This document shows positions 8,194-16,760 of a stretch of 28,265 nucleotides of DNA, piece by piece. Both the position numbers and the translations under genes were made by a program. The notes under the pieces are model-generated. The model was not told the DNA's origin. It saw only the letters and a list, made by a program, of their open reading frames with translations, and did not search any database. Each line of letters begins with the position of its first letter. The stretch's first letter is position 1. This DNA is from a virus (taxonomy: Duplodnaviria > Caudoviricetes): IMG/VR virus record IMGVR_UViG_3300027804_000021, positions 1 to 28,265 of that record, one strand, 5' to 3'.

Positions 8194-11100
8194 ATGAGCA
8201 ATCAAATAGTAATATCAAGCGGAGCAAAAGTTAGAAATTTAGATGGAGTATTAACAGGTACAAGTGGGATTGTTAATTCAGTTCCATTGGGTGCTGCTAA
8301 TGGTGTAGCTACTTTGGATAGTGGGGGTAAAGTTCCAGTTAGCCAATTACCTTCAAGTGTAGTAACTTATTTAGGTACTTGGAACGCTGCAACAAATACT
8401 CCTACTTTAGTTAATGGAACAGGTGATGCTGGGGATATGTACATTTGTAACGTAGCTGGAACTGTAAACTTTGGTGCTGGTCCTGTAACCTTTGCGGTTG
8501 GGGATTGGGTGTTATACGGAAGTGGAACTTGGCAAAAGTCAAATGGTCAAAACGGAACTGTTACAAGTGTAGGTGTTTCAAGAGATGGTGATGCTTTATC
8601 AATCACAGGTTCACCAATTACAACCGCTGGAACAATTAATATAGGATTTACAGGATCAAACGCTCAATATATAAATGGAGAAGGAGATTTAGTAACTTTC
8701 CCTTCTTTGAGTGGATTTGTAACTGATGTAACTGGTACTGCACCAATAGTTTCAAGTGGTGGGACAACTCCAGCTATTTCTATTCCTGCTGCTTCAAGCA
8801 CAGTGGATGGATATTTAGATAATGCAGATTGGACAACTTTTAACAATAAGCAAAATGCAATAACGCTAACTACAACAGGTACTTCTGGTGTTTCAACTCT
8901 TATTGGTAGCACTTTAAATATTCCTAATTATTCAACGGATTTAAGTGGTTATGTACCATATACAGGTGCAACCGCAAACGTAAACTTAGGAACATTTGAT
9001 TTAACGGCTGATGTTATTACAGGTGCAACAGGTTCTTTTGCATCAAATGGAGGTAGTAATACATTTGCTATTAATCATTCAAGCGGTAGCGGAATAGCTT
9101 TAAACATAACAAAAGGTGGCAATGGCGAAGGTTTATATATAAACAAAACAAGTGGTAGTGGTAACGCTGCAACTATTATAGGTACTTTAAACGCAACTAC
9201 TTTAGTAAAAAGTGGTGGAACTTCAAGTCAGTTCTTAAAGGCAGATGGTTCGGTTGATGCAAGTGCTTATATTACTTTAGCTTCTTTAAGTGCAGGTGCA
9301 GGAATAAGCTACAACAATACAACGGGTGTAATTGCTTCAACGATTACTCAATATACGGATGCTTTAGCAAGAGCAGCAATTAGCTTAACAACAACAGGTA
9401 CAAGCGGTGCTGCAACTTATAATAACACAACAGGTGTTTTAAATATACCTAACTATGCACCTGATTTAAGTGGGTATGTTACTTTAGGTACTGCTCAAAC
9501 AATTAGTGGTGCAAAGACTTTTACAAGTAATATCCAATTAGGAGCAATCGGGACAGGAACTTCTACTGCAACGCCATTAACAATAAATTTAGGGGATACC
9601 TTTTCCGATACTGCAGGCGCTAATTTAAAATTAAGATTATGGGCATCTTCTTCAGGTGTAGTTTATGGATTTGGTGTTTCTAGTGACCAAATGGATTTTA
9701 ATATACCTGTTGGAGCGCAATATAAATTTTGGACAGGTAACGCTATTTTTACAAATAATGTTACTGCTGCTTCATTAATTAAAAGCGGAGGTACTGCAAG
9801 TCAATTTCTAAAAGCAGATGGTTCAGTAGATAGCAATAGTTACGCTTTAGCTTCTGCGTTAGGGGATTATTTACCTTTAACTGCAGGAAGTACTAAGCCA
9901 TTAACAGGAGATTTATATATAAATAGAAATGCAGGTGGTATATTTTTAACAAGGGATGCAATTACTGATTATAATGGTATAATATATAAAACAGGTACTG
10001 ATTTTAAATGGTACGCAGGAATGAGGGAAGTAGCAGGTGCAGGTAATGATTATTTTATTTTTAATAGTGCAACTAATGTTAATGCTTTAAGAATTAATAC
10101 AACATCAAGTATTGTTTCTGTTGCAAATAGTTTTGGAGTAGGTACTACTTCTCCTGAAACTTTTGGAAGCTATAACACAATAGAAGTTTCGGCAGCATCA
10201 GGAGGTGTAATATTTGCAAAATCTACTACTGGTTCTGTTACGACTCAATTAGTAGCAGATAATGGAACTTCTAGCGGTTATGTAGGTACAAGAACAAATC
10301 ATCCTTTTACTATTAGAACTAATAATGTAGATAGGTTTGAAATGTCAAGTACGGGTAATGGTGTTTTTATTAACGGGTTACAATCTAAGACTTTTGATGT
10401 AATATCAGGTACAATAGACTCTTTTTCTTTTGGTGTAAATGCTAATTCTACTTTTGCTTTTGGTTCTACAAATGGCAGAAGATTAGCAATTTTTCAAGAT
10501 GGAACGCAAGCAGATAATGGTTTGCAATTTGGTTTTGATGCAACCGCTAAAACAGGTATTATAGCGGGTAGTGCTACAAGTGCAGGAACAGGAATAGACT
10601 TTTATACTTATAATGGCAGTACTTGGGCTAATAGAATGAGGCTTACAAAAGACGGATTAGTAGGGATAGGTTTAGGGACAAATAATCCTACTACTATTTT
10701 GCAAATTTCCCAAGCAGCCGATACAAGAGTAAATATTATATCTTCTAATAATTTAAGTTCGGGATTATACTTACAAACTTTTAATGGAGCAACTCAAACA
10801 GGAGGCGCTACTATAAGAATAACTAATACAGGTTCTTTAGAATTTTATAACGGAGGCGCAAGCGATGCTTTAGGATTAATGATTAATTCTTCATTAAATG
10901 TAGGAATCGGCACTAATACCCCTTTATTTAAGTTACACGTTAATAAAGCGGGGGGTAATGGTATTTTTGTAAGTAATACTACAAATAATACAGGAGCTTA
11001 TATTTATGCGGGTACAAATATAGAATTTCAAGGGGTAAATTCAAATAATACTGCAAGTCTACCAATATGTATGCAGCCTTATGGTAGCACTGTACTTATA

Positions 11101-12033
11101 GGCACTTCAACTGCAATTACAGGAGGCGGAGCTTTACAAGTAAACGGAAATGTAAATATTAACGGGGTATTCCAAATTAACGGGGTAACTATTGGAGGCG
11201 GTGGAGGAAGTGGTGTAACAGGAAGTGGTACTACAAGTTATGTTCCTAAATGGACAGGAAGTACAAGTTTAGGAAATTCTATTATGTATGATAGTGGAAC
11301 TAGAATAGGATTCGGTACTACTAACCCTAGAGTTAAAGTGGAAATTTTAAATAGTCCTTCTTCTGACCCTGTTTTAGGTACTGCATCAGGTAATTTAATG
11401 CTTAGTGATAACAACCTTTGGGGTATGTTATTTGGCTTAAATGGTACAACAGGACACGGATGGATTCAACAAATGAGAATTGATAGTGCTGTTTCTTATC
11501 CTTTAATGCTTCAACCTGTTGGTAATAATGTATTAATAGGTACTACAACGGATAACGGATATAGAGTAAATCTTAATGGTAGTATATCTTTTGCTTTTGG
11601 TTTCTTAAGTAATTTTAGAGGCTCAGGAGTTGGCAGTGATGTTTTAGTAGGTAATGATGGTTCAAGATTTTATATTGGTGGCAATACTTATGTAGCAGGG
11701 ACATTTACTACAACAAGTAATATAAGCGTAACAGGTTCGGTTACAGCAACAGGAGGCTTCTTTGATACTTCGGATAGTAAATTAAAAATTCTTGTAAAAG
11801 ATTATGAACAACCAAAAGGTATAGAAAATGTTGCTGCAAGAATGTATGTTAAAAATAGTAGAAAAGAATTAGGTTACTTTGCGCAAGATTTACAAGAAAT
11901 ATTACCAAGTGCAGTTATCAAAGGAGAAGATGGTTTCTTAACTCTATCTTATACTCAAGTACATACCGCAAAGATTGCTTACTTAGAAGATAAGATTGCA
12001 CAATTAGAAGAACTTATTAAAACTTTATTATAA
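8194..12033 (+). CDS. Tail fibre/receptor-binding protein with C-terminal peptidase S74 intramolecular chaperone
   Basis: Gly/Thr-rich; ANGVATLDSGGKVP motif; repeated GIGT..P units; C-terminal TSDSKLK...LGYFAQDLQEILP followed by a coiled coil. Confidence 0.9.
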   Translation: MSNQIVISSGAKVRNLDGVLTGTSGIVNSVPLGAANGVATLDSGGKVPVSQLPSSVVTYLGTWNAATNTPTLVNGTGDAGDMYICNVAGTVNFGAGPVTFAVGDWVLYGSGTWQKSNGQNGTVTSVGVSRDGDALSITGSPITTAGTINIGFTGSNAQYINGEGDLVTFPSLSGFVTDVTGTAPIVSSGGTTPAISIPAASSTVDGYLDNADWTTFNNKQNAITLTTTGTSGVSTLIGSTLNIPNYSTDLSGYVPYTGATANVNLGTFDLTADVITGATGSFASNGGSNTFAINHSSGSGIALNITKGGNGEGLYINKTSGSGNAATIIGTLNATTLVKSGGTSSQFLKADGSVDASAYITLASLSAGAGISYNNTTGVIASTITQYTDALARAAISLTTTGTSGAATYNNTTGVLNIPNYAPDLSGYVTLGTAQTISGAKTFTSNIQLGAIGTGTSTATPLTINLGDTFSDTAGANLKLRLWASSSGVVYGFGVSSDQMDFNIPVGAQYKFWTGNAIFTNNVTAASLIKSGGTASQFLKADGSVDSNSYALASALGDYLPLTAGSTKPLTGDLYINRNAGGIFLTRDAITDYNGIIYKTGTDFKWYAGMREVAGAGNDYFIFNSATNVNALRINTTSSIVSVANSFGVGTTSPETFGSYNTIEVSAASGGVIFAKSTTGSVTTQLVADNGTSSGYVGTRTNHPFTIRTNNVDRFEMSSTGNGVFINGLQSKTFDVISGTIDSFSFGVNANSTFAFGSTNGRRLAIFQDGTQADNGLQFGFDATAKTGIIAGSATSAGTGIDFYTYNGSTWANRMRLTKDGLVGIGLGTNNPTTILQISQAADTRVNIISSNNLSSGLYLQTFNGATQTGGATIRITNTGSLEFYNGGASDALGLMINSSLNVGIGTNTPLFKLHVNKAGGNGIFVSNTTNNTGAYIYAGTNIEFQGVNSNNTASLPICMQPYGSTVLIGTSTAITGGGALQVNGNVNINGVFQINGVTIGGGGGSGVTGSGTTSYVPKWTGSTSLGNSIMYDSGTRIGFGTTNPRVKVEILNSPSSDPVLGTASGNLMLSDNNLWGMLFGLNGTTGHGWIQQMRIDSAVSYPLMLQPVGNNVLIGTTTDNGYRVNLNGSISFAFGFLSNFRGSGVGSDVLVGNDGSRFYIGGNTYVAGTFTTTSNISVTGSVTATGGFFDTSDSKLKILVKDYEQPKGIENVAARMYVKNSRKELGYFAQDLQEILPSAVIKGEDGFLTLSYTQVHTAKIAYLEDKIAQLEELIKTLL

Positions 12034-12638
12034 TGCCTTGGGTAAGTTTAGCAAATAATCAAGCAGTTACTTTTAACAATCTTTGGGATGCGGTTAATAT
12101 AGGTGTTTTTATTCAAAAGCAACCTATACCAACTTCTAATGAATGTATTACAAAAGCAGACGCAAATGATTATGTATATATAAATACCTCATATGCTTCT
12201 TACGCTTCTAAGGCATCTAATCAATTAGTAGTTAAACAAGATTTACAAGCTGCAACTCCAAGTAATGTTATTGTATATACTCCTTCAACTGGAGTTTATC
12301 CTTTAAGTGGTAGCACATCTGTTTCTACATCTGGAACAATCACAAGCTATTATAGTTTTGATGTTTACTTGTATGTTGGGTTTAATAGTGCAGGTTTAAA
12401 TAGTGGTACTGTAAATAATGATTCAATGTTAATTGTACCTCAACCTGCTAAAAGTATTAGTGGTGCAACAATTACTTCTTTTGGTCAAGTAATAACTTCT
12501 GGAATTGCACAACGATACATACTTACTCCAAGCACAACATATAATATAACCTTAACTAAAGGAGATTTATTAGGTGGTGGTAGTACAGTTAGATTCTATT
12601 ATTCATTATGTGATTTATGCGTACAATTCCCTTTATAA
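12033..12638 (+). CDS. Putative tail-fibre-associated protein
   Basis: TAATG-coupled to the fibre gene, Ser/Thr-rich; positional call. Confidence 0.5.
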   Translation: MPWVSLANNQAVTFNNLWDAVNIGVFIQKQPIPTSNECITKADANDYVYINTSYASYASKASNQLVVKQDLQAATPSNVIVYTPSTGVYPLSGSTSVSTSGTITSYYSFDVYLYVGFNSAGLNSGTVNNDSMLIVPQPAKSISGATITSFGQVITSGIAQRYILTPSTTYNITLTKGDLLGGGSTVRFYYSLCDLCVQFPL

Positions 12639-12656
12639 AATAAAAATAAAATAAAA

Positions 12657-13001
12657 ATGAAAACAATTCAACCAGTATCAATTTGGGACAATGGACAAAA
12701 CCTACAAGCAACATTATTAAATGCTTATGCAGTTAATGTATCTTTAGGAACAAGTGCAGTATTTTACTACTGCTTAATGCAACAAAATATAGATGGTTTA
12801 CAAAGTAGCCAAGTTGCACAAGGTAATTTAACAATGTCAGGAGAAGCCTACACTCAATGGACTGTGGATTCTTATGCTTGGGATTGGGTAGCTGAACAAC
12901 TTAACCTAACAATAACAGGTGATTATGTACCTCCAGTACCTCCACAACCAGAGCCTACTCCAGAGCCAATTATTGAAGAAGATATTGAAGAAGCAATTTA
13001 A
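12657..13001 (+). CDS. Hypothetical protein, possibly fibre assembly, with Pro/Glu-rich tail
   Basis: A-rich start region; C-terminal PPVPPQPEPTPEP. Confidence 0.6.
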   Translation: MKTIQPVSIWDNGQNLQATLLNAYAVNVSLGTSAVFYYCLMQQNIDGLQSSQVAQGNLTMSGEAYTQWTVDSYAWDWVAEQLNLTITGDYVPPVPPQPEPTPEPIIEEDIEEAI

Positions 13002-13014
13002 TTGAATATTTAAC

Positions 13015-13022
13015 TATATTTG
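13015..13022 (+). promoter_or_regulatory. -7 promoter box TATATTTG for the lysis cassette
   Basis: Intergenic TAnnTTTG upstream of ATG 13040. Confidence 0.65.
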
Positions 13023-13039
13023 TATATAAAATAAAAACT

Positions 13040-13183
13040 ATGATAACATTAAACGAAACACAAATCAAGGAATTAGAAGCGTTCATTAACACTATCCCAA
13101 CTGCGTATGGTTTACCATTATTGCAGTTCTTAGGTAAATTAAATGCTGAACAAAATCCACCAACAGAATCAACTGAAGCGTAA
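13040..13183 (+). CDS. Small hypothetical protein (47 aa, not in the ORF track)
   Basis: MITLNETQIKELEAFINTIPTAYGLPLLQFLGKLNAEQNPPTESTEA; AAAACTATG start context and TAATG coupling to the next gene. Confidence 0.75.
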   Translation: MITLNETQIKELEAFINTIPTAYGLPLLQFLGKLNAEQNPPTESTEA

Positions 13184-13401
13184 TGGAAAGTATTGCAATT
13201 TTCTTGGCTGGACAGGCTCTTGCTATAATAATTGGTTTAATTAGCATCTATGTAAAAGTAAGTTTAAAACTGAAAGAATTAGAGGTGCGAGTTAATATGG
13301 TTGAAAAGCAAGAGGATGTGATAGCCAAGAAACTTGACAATATTCAACTTAGCTTGAATAAGATTTTTGTTGCATTAGAAAAAAAACAAGATAGAGAATA
13401 A
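13183..13401 (+). CDS. Membrane protein (N-terminal TM plus coiled coil), lysis accessory or holin-like
   Basis: Hydrophobic residues 4-26, then heptad pattern; inside the lysis cassette. Confidence 0.55.
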   Translation: MESIAIFLAGQALAIIIGLISIYVKVSLKLKELEVRVNMVEKQEDVIAKKLDNIQLSLNKIFVALEKKQDRE

Positions 13402-13940
13402 TGAAAGAGGTAGTAATCGTTCTATTAGTGGCGGTTCTAATCTTTTTTATCGGAAGTGAGGCACGATACACCAAAAGTGAACCTATAATTGTAAGCGACA
13501 CAGTTTACCAACAGAAAACTTTTACTAAGTTTATAAAGGGAAATTCAATCCCTTTTGTCATTTTAGACACCATTTACCTAATAGACACAATCAAGGACAC
13601 AATTACAATCGTTAAGGATTACAACCAAGTAAAGGTTTATTCCGATACTATGCGCATAGATTCTATTGGATACGCATACATACAAGACACAATCAGTCAA
13701 AACAAGATACAAGGCAGAGGTTTTAGTGCCAATTTTAACTTACCTACAATAACAATTACCAAGTTAATAGAGCCAAAGTTAAAAAACCAGCTTTATTTGG
13801 GATTTATAGGCGATTTAAAGCACTCTAACGGACAAATTGGTATTGGTGGTTCAATTGCCCTTAAAACGGCTAAAAACACCTTATATACGGCAACGGCTAC
13901 AATGAACGGATATTCTTTTGGATACTATAAAAAATTCTAA
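13401..13940 (+). CDS. Membrane-anchored lysis accessory protein (spanin-like candidate)
   Basis: N-terminal TM, DTVY/DTIY repeats, C-terminal amphipathic beta-strands ending in F. Confidence 0.5.
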   Translation: MKEVVIVLLVAVLIFFIGSEARYTKSEPIIVSDTVYQQKTFTKFIKGNSIPFVILDTIYLIDTIKDTITIVKDYNQVKVYSDTMRIDSIGYAYIQDTISQNKIQGRGFSANFNLPTITITKLIEPKLKNQLYLGFIGDLKHSNGQIGIGGSIALKTAKNTLYTATATMNGYSFGYYKKF

Positions 13941-14143
13941 TGAAGTTTAAGCAGTTTATAATATCAATGTTTAGTGATGAGGTTGGCTCAATGAGTCATA
14001 AAAGGGTATTGGCAACCATTGGTGCTTTGTGCTTATTTACAACATTTGTTATAACTAAAAGCGACCATTTAGGCGATTTAGTATTTTATATGACTATGGC
14101 TTTTGCTGGATTAACAACAATAGATAAATTTACCAACAAATGA
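13940..14143 (+). CDS. Putative holin (2 TM)
   Basis: 67 aa with two hydrophobic segments; ATGA overlap with the endolysin gene. Confidence 0.65.
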   Translation: MKFKQFIISMFSDEVGSMSHKRVLATIGALCLFTTFVITKSDHLGDLVFYMTMAFAGLTTIDKFTNK

Positions 14144-14742
14144 TCTCCAAGAAAGCAATTGAGATGATTATTAAGCACGAAGTAGGTGGCAGAGCCGTTT
14201 ACGAGAAGCGTTATCAAAAGCCTATTTGGGCTGGTGGCGATTCAGGAGTAACAATTGGATTAGGGTATGATTGCGGTTATGTAACCGAAAAGCAGTTCTT
14301 TAGCGATTGGGATGGCTTAAATTTAAACTTTCTCAATGCGTTAAGGAAAGTAGTAGGGATAAAAGGTGAGGCGGTTAAAACGATGCTTAGAGGCGAAATT
14401 CTACAAGTTAGGATTCCATACAATTTTGCATACGATGTATTCGTTAATAAGTCGCTACCTAAATATTACGCATTAACTAAAAGTATTTATCCAGAGATTG
14501 ATACTTTAAACGAGGATACAAGAGGTGCTTTGGTTTCAATGATTTATAACAGAGGGAACAAATTAGAAGGCGAAAGGAGAAAAGAAATGAGGGCAATAGT
14601 TGACCTTGTTGCTAAAGCTGACTATGAAGGAATTGCTGACCAAATAGAGCGAAGCAAAAGACTTTGGGAGAATGTCGGCTTGGATGGATTGGTCAAACGT
14701 AGAGAGGAGGAGGCGGATTTAATTCTAAATTCACTAACCTAA
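14140..14742 (+). CDS. Endolysin, lysozyme-fold (pesticin-like/GH24-related) muramidase
   Basis: HE...GGDSGVTIGLGYD, ALVSMIYNRG and GLVKRREEEA motifs. Confidence 0.88.
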   Translation: MISKKAIEMIIKHEVGGRAVYEKRYQKPIWAGGDSGVTIGLGYDCGYVTEKQFFSDWDGLNLNFLNALRKVVGIKGEAVKTMLRGEILQVRIPYNFAYDVFVNKSLPKYYALTKSIYPEIDTLNEDTRGALVSMIYNRGNKLEGERRKEMRAIVDLVAKADYEGIADQIERSKRLWENVGLDGLVKRREEEADLILNSLT

Positions 14743-14751
14743 AATAAACCA

Positions 14752-15792
14752 ATGCCAACAACAAAAAACAAAGGTGGAAGCAAAACCACTATGAGCGGTC
14801 AGATAGTCTTAGACTATTTAGCCAAGTATCCTCAATGGATGCCCTCAAACACTTTAGCTTCTTTGATTATGAAGGAGCAATCTGCACACTTTGACAATCA
14901 AGAAAACGTTAGATACTTGATAAGATATTACAGAGGTAAAGTCGGAGAGGATAGAGCATCAAGAGGAAAGAACACACAATTTTTAGAAGATTTTAAGCGT
15001 ACAGGTTCACACTTTGTTCAGCCACCTACTTGGGTAGAGGAGAAAGTAGTTTATTGTTTGCCAATAGGAATTAAGAAGATGGGATTTATAAGTGATTTGC
15101 AAGTTCCTTTCCACGACCCAAAAGCGATTGATGTTTGCTTTAAATACTTAAACGAACAAAAGATTGATTCATTATTTATCAATGGTGATTTGGTTGATTT
15201 CTATCAGTTAAGCGACTTCCAGAAAGACCCAAGAGTTAGAAAGTTTGATGAGGAGTACGAGGCTATTATTGAGATGCTTGGATTTATAAGAGCAAGTTTT
15301 CCTCAAATACCTATTTACTACAACTTAGATGCGAATCACGAATTTAGGTATGAAAGGTATATGCGAACCAAAGCACCTGAATTATTAGGGTTAAACGGAA
15401 AGTTTGACATTGAGGAAATCTTAATGCTAAATACTTTTAACATCATTCCGATTAAAAACATAGATCACGTTAAGTTCGGAAAATTACCTATCATTCACGG
15501 AGATACAACATTTAGAAGGGGTAGCGGTGTAAACCCAGCTAAAACCCTTTACGATAGAGTTAAGCAGTCGGCAATAGCTTCTCACGTTCATCAAGTGCAA
15601 TCTTACACAACCAAGAATCAATTTGATGAAGAAGTATTTACTTGCTGGACCACAGGACATTTGATGCATCCAAACGTAGAATATTGTAAGCACGTTGATA
15701 ATTATTCACAAGGGTTTGCCATATTAGAAAAGGATGTAGAGGGTTATTATTCAGTTCAAAATAAAAGAATCTATAAAAACAAAATATTCTAA
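14752..15792 (+). CDS. Calcineurin-like metallophosphoesterase with N-terminal extension
   Basis: ISDLQ, NGDLVD, ANHE, HGD and SHVH motifs in the canonical order. Confidence 0.85.
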   Translation: MPTTKNKGGSKTTMSGQIVLDYLAKYPQWMPSNTLASLIMKEQSAHFDNQENVRYLIRYYRGKVGEDRASRGKNTQFLEDFKRTGSHFVQPPTWVEEKVVYCLPIGIKKMGFISDLQVPFHDPKAIDVCFKYLNEQKIDSLFINGDLVDFYQLSDFQKDPRVRKFDEEYEAIIEMLGFIRASFPQIPIYYNLDANHEFRYERYMRTKAPELLGLNGKFDIEEILMLNTFNIIPIKNIDHVKFGKLPIIHGDTTFRRGSGVNPAKTLYDRVKQSAIASHVHQVQSYTTKNQFDEEVFTCWTTGHLMHPNVEYCKHVDNYSQGFAILEKDVEGYYSVQNKRIYKNKIF

Positions 15793-15793
15793 T

Positions 15794-15985
15794 ATGAGAT
15801 ACCCAAAAAACTTCGCAAAATTGAACGCACTACAACAAGAGCAATGGTTGGTTTCTAAGTTACAAGAAATACACCAATTAGAACAAGAGATTAAGATTAC
15901 ATTAGGCAAGATAAGAGGTGGCGAAACTTTAATATTTAAAGAAATAGACAGACCAGATTTAGCACTAATGAAAGATGAAAATTAA
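15794..15985 (+). CDS. Hypothetical protein
   Basis: Tightly packed ORF between neighbours. Confidence 0.65.
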   Translation: MRYPKNFAKLNALQQEQWLVSKLQEIHQLEQEIKITLGKIRGGETLIFKEIDRPDLALMKDEN

Positions 15986-16244
15986 AGTAATACATAAGAA
16001 ACTTGGAAGGGAACAAGCACACGGCATTGCTGAAAGCGATGGTATTGTGTATATTGACTCACGGCTAAAGGGTAAAAAGCATCTGGAGATATTACTTCAC
16101 GAATGTATGCACTTGCTCAATCCAATAGATGAGGAGGAATCAATTGTAGACAAAAGTGTAACTTTATGTAATATTTTGTGGCAACAAGGTTACAGAAGGG
16201 TTGATAATTCAAACGATGTGCCATTGCAAGATGGTTCTAAATAG
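15975..16244 (+). CDS. Small HEXXH zincin-like metallopeptidase
   Basis: G.VYIDSRL....LEILLHECMH with a downstream acidic EEE. Confidence 0.7.
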   Translation: MKIKVIHKKLGREQAHGIAESDGIVYIDSRLKGKKHLEILLHECMHLLNPIDEEESIVDKSVTLCNILWQQGYRRVDNSNDVPLQDGSK

Positions 16245-16260
16245 TTGTTGGTTCATAGTT

Positions 16261-16287
16261 CCCCACCCCGCAAAGGTGGGGTTTTTT
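16261..16287 (+). terminator. Rho-independent terminator ending the lysis/accessory block
   Basis: CCCCACC-CCGCAAA-GGTGGGG followed by T6. Confidence 0.9.
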
Positions 16288-16290
16288 ATA

Positions 16291-16298
16291 TATATTTG
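16291..16298 (+). promoter_or_regulatory. -7 promoter box TATATTTG for a short non-coding unit
   Basis: TAnnTTTG located between two terminators. Confidence 0.6.
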
Positions 16299-16301
16299 TG
16301 A

Positions 16302-16359
16302 TTCATATTGGTTTAACTTAGGTTTAGCCACCCTTTTAGTCTTATTAGGGTGGTTTTTT
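16302..16359 (+). ncRNA. Putative ~57-nt small antisense RNA
   Basis: Bounded by a -7 box and a terminator, has no ORF, and its 5' part is complementary to the start regions at 14752, 16761 and 18112. Confidence 0.55.
16326..16359 (+). terminator. Rho-independent terminator
   Basis: AGCCACCCT...AGGGTGGTT stem running into a T-run. Confidence 0.85.
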
Positions 16360-16370
16360 ATATAATGGAC

Positions 16371-16622
16371 AAAGTAAACCTATTATTTTACTTTAAGGCT
16401 TTAAAAGTAAATATATAACTTGACTTTTACCAAAATTATAAACTCTTGCTGTACCTAAATTATAATAATCTGCATGAAATTTTCTAATAATTCATGCAAA
16501 ATAGATGCAATTGAATATAAATAAGCGCAAAAGTGCAATATTATACTCTTTTAGATATAATTGTAACATAAATGCACTCAATATGTTACATAATGTGTCA
16601 TAAAACGCACTATTTGACACAT
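16371..16622. repeat. Array of distinct 24-30 bp inverted repeats
   Basis: Inverted repeats at 16371-16394, 16402-16429, 16471-16498, 16562-16590 and 16593-16622, plus a direct repeat at 16428/16452. Confidence 0.85.
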
Positions 16623-16702
16623 ATTTATCCCATATAAGTCAAATTATACCATTTATCCTTATTATTTGCCGTTCATCACATTTATTTAAAATACTTGCTT
16701 TG

Positions 16703-16736
16703 TTTGATAAAGTTATAAGTTTATACCCTATCTTTG
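16703..16736 (+). promoter_or_regulatory. Early promoter (TTTG ... TATCTTTG)
   Basis: TTTG at 16703-16706 and TATCTTTG at 16729-16736, upstream of the early gene block; spacer 22 nt. Confidence 0.7.
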
Positions 16737-16760
16737 ATTTCATAAACCAAAACAACCAAT

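Noticed and set aside
9680-11330. Apparent clustering of CTAG in the tail fibre as a sign of foreign origin
   Set aside because: CTAG also occurs at 18080 and 20189, and I cannot count k-mers reliably by eye.
8194-12638. Diversity-generating retroelement or invertible fibre cassette
   Set aside because: I saw no reverse transcriptase or invertase and no near-identical template/variable repeat pair.
16286-16306. Minus-strand gene starting at AACCAATATG
   Set aside because: It reads only MNHKYI before a stop.
16562-16590. Canonical XerCD dif site
   Set aside because: ATATGTTACAT resembles a XerD arm, but the arms are 3 bp further apart than the 11-6-11 dif geometry.
16371-16622. CRISPR array
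   Set aside because: There are no identical direct repeats separated by unique spacers, and no cas genes.
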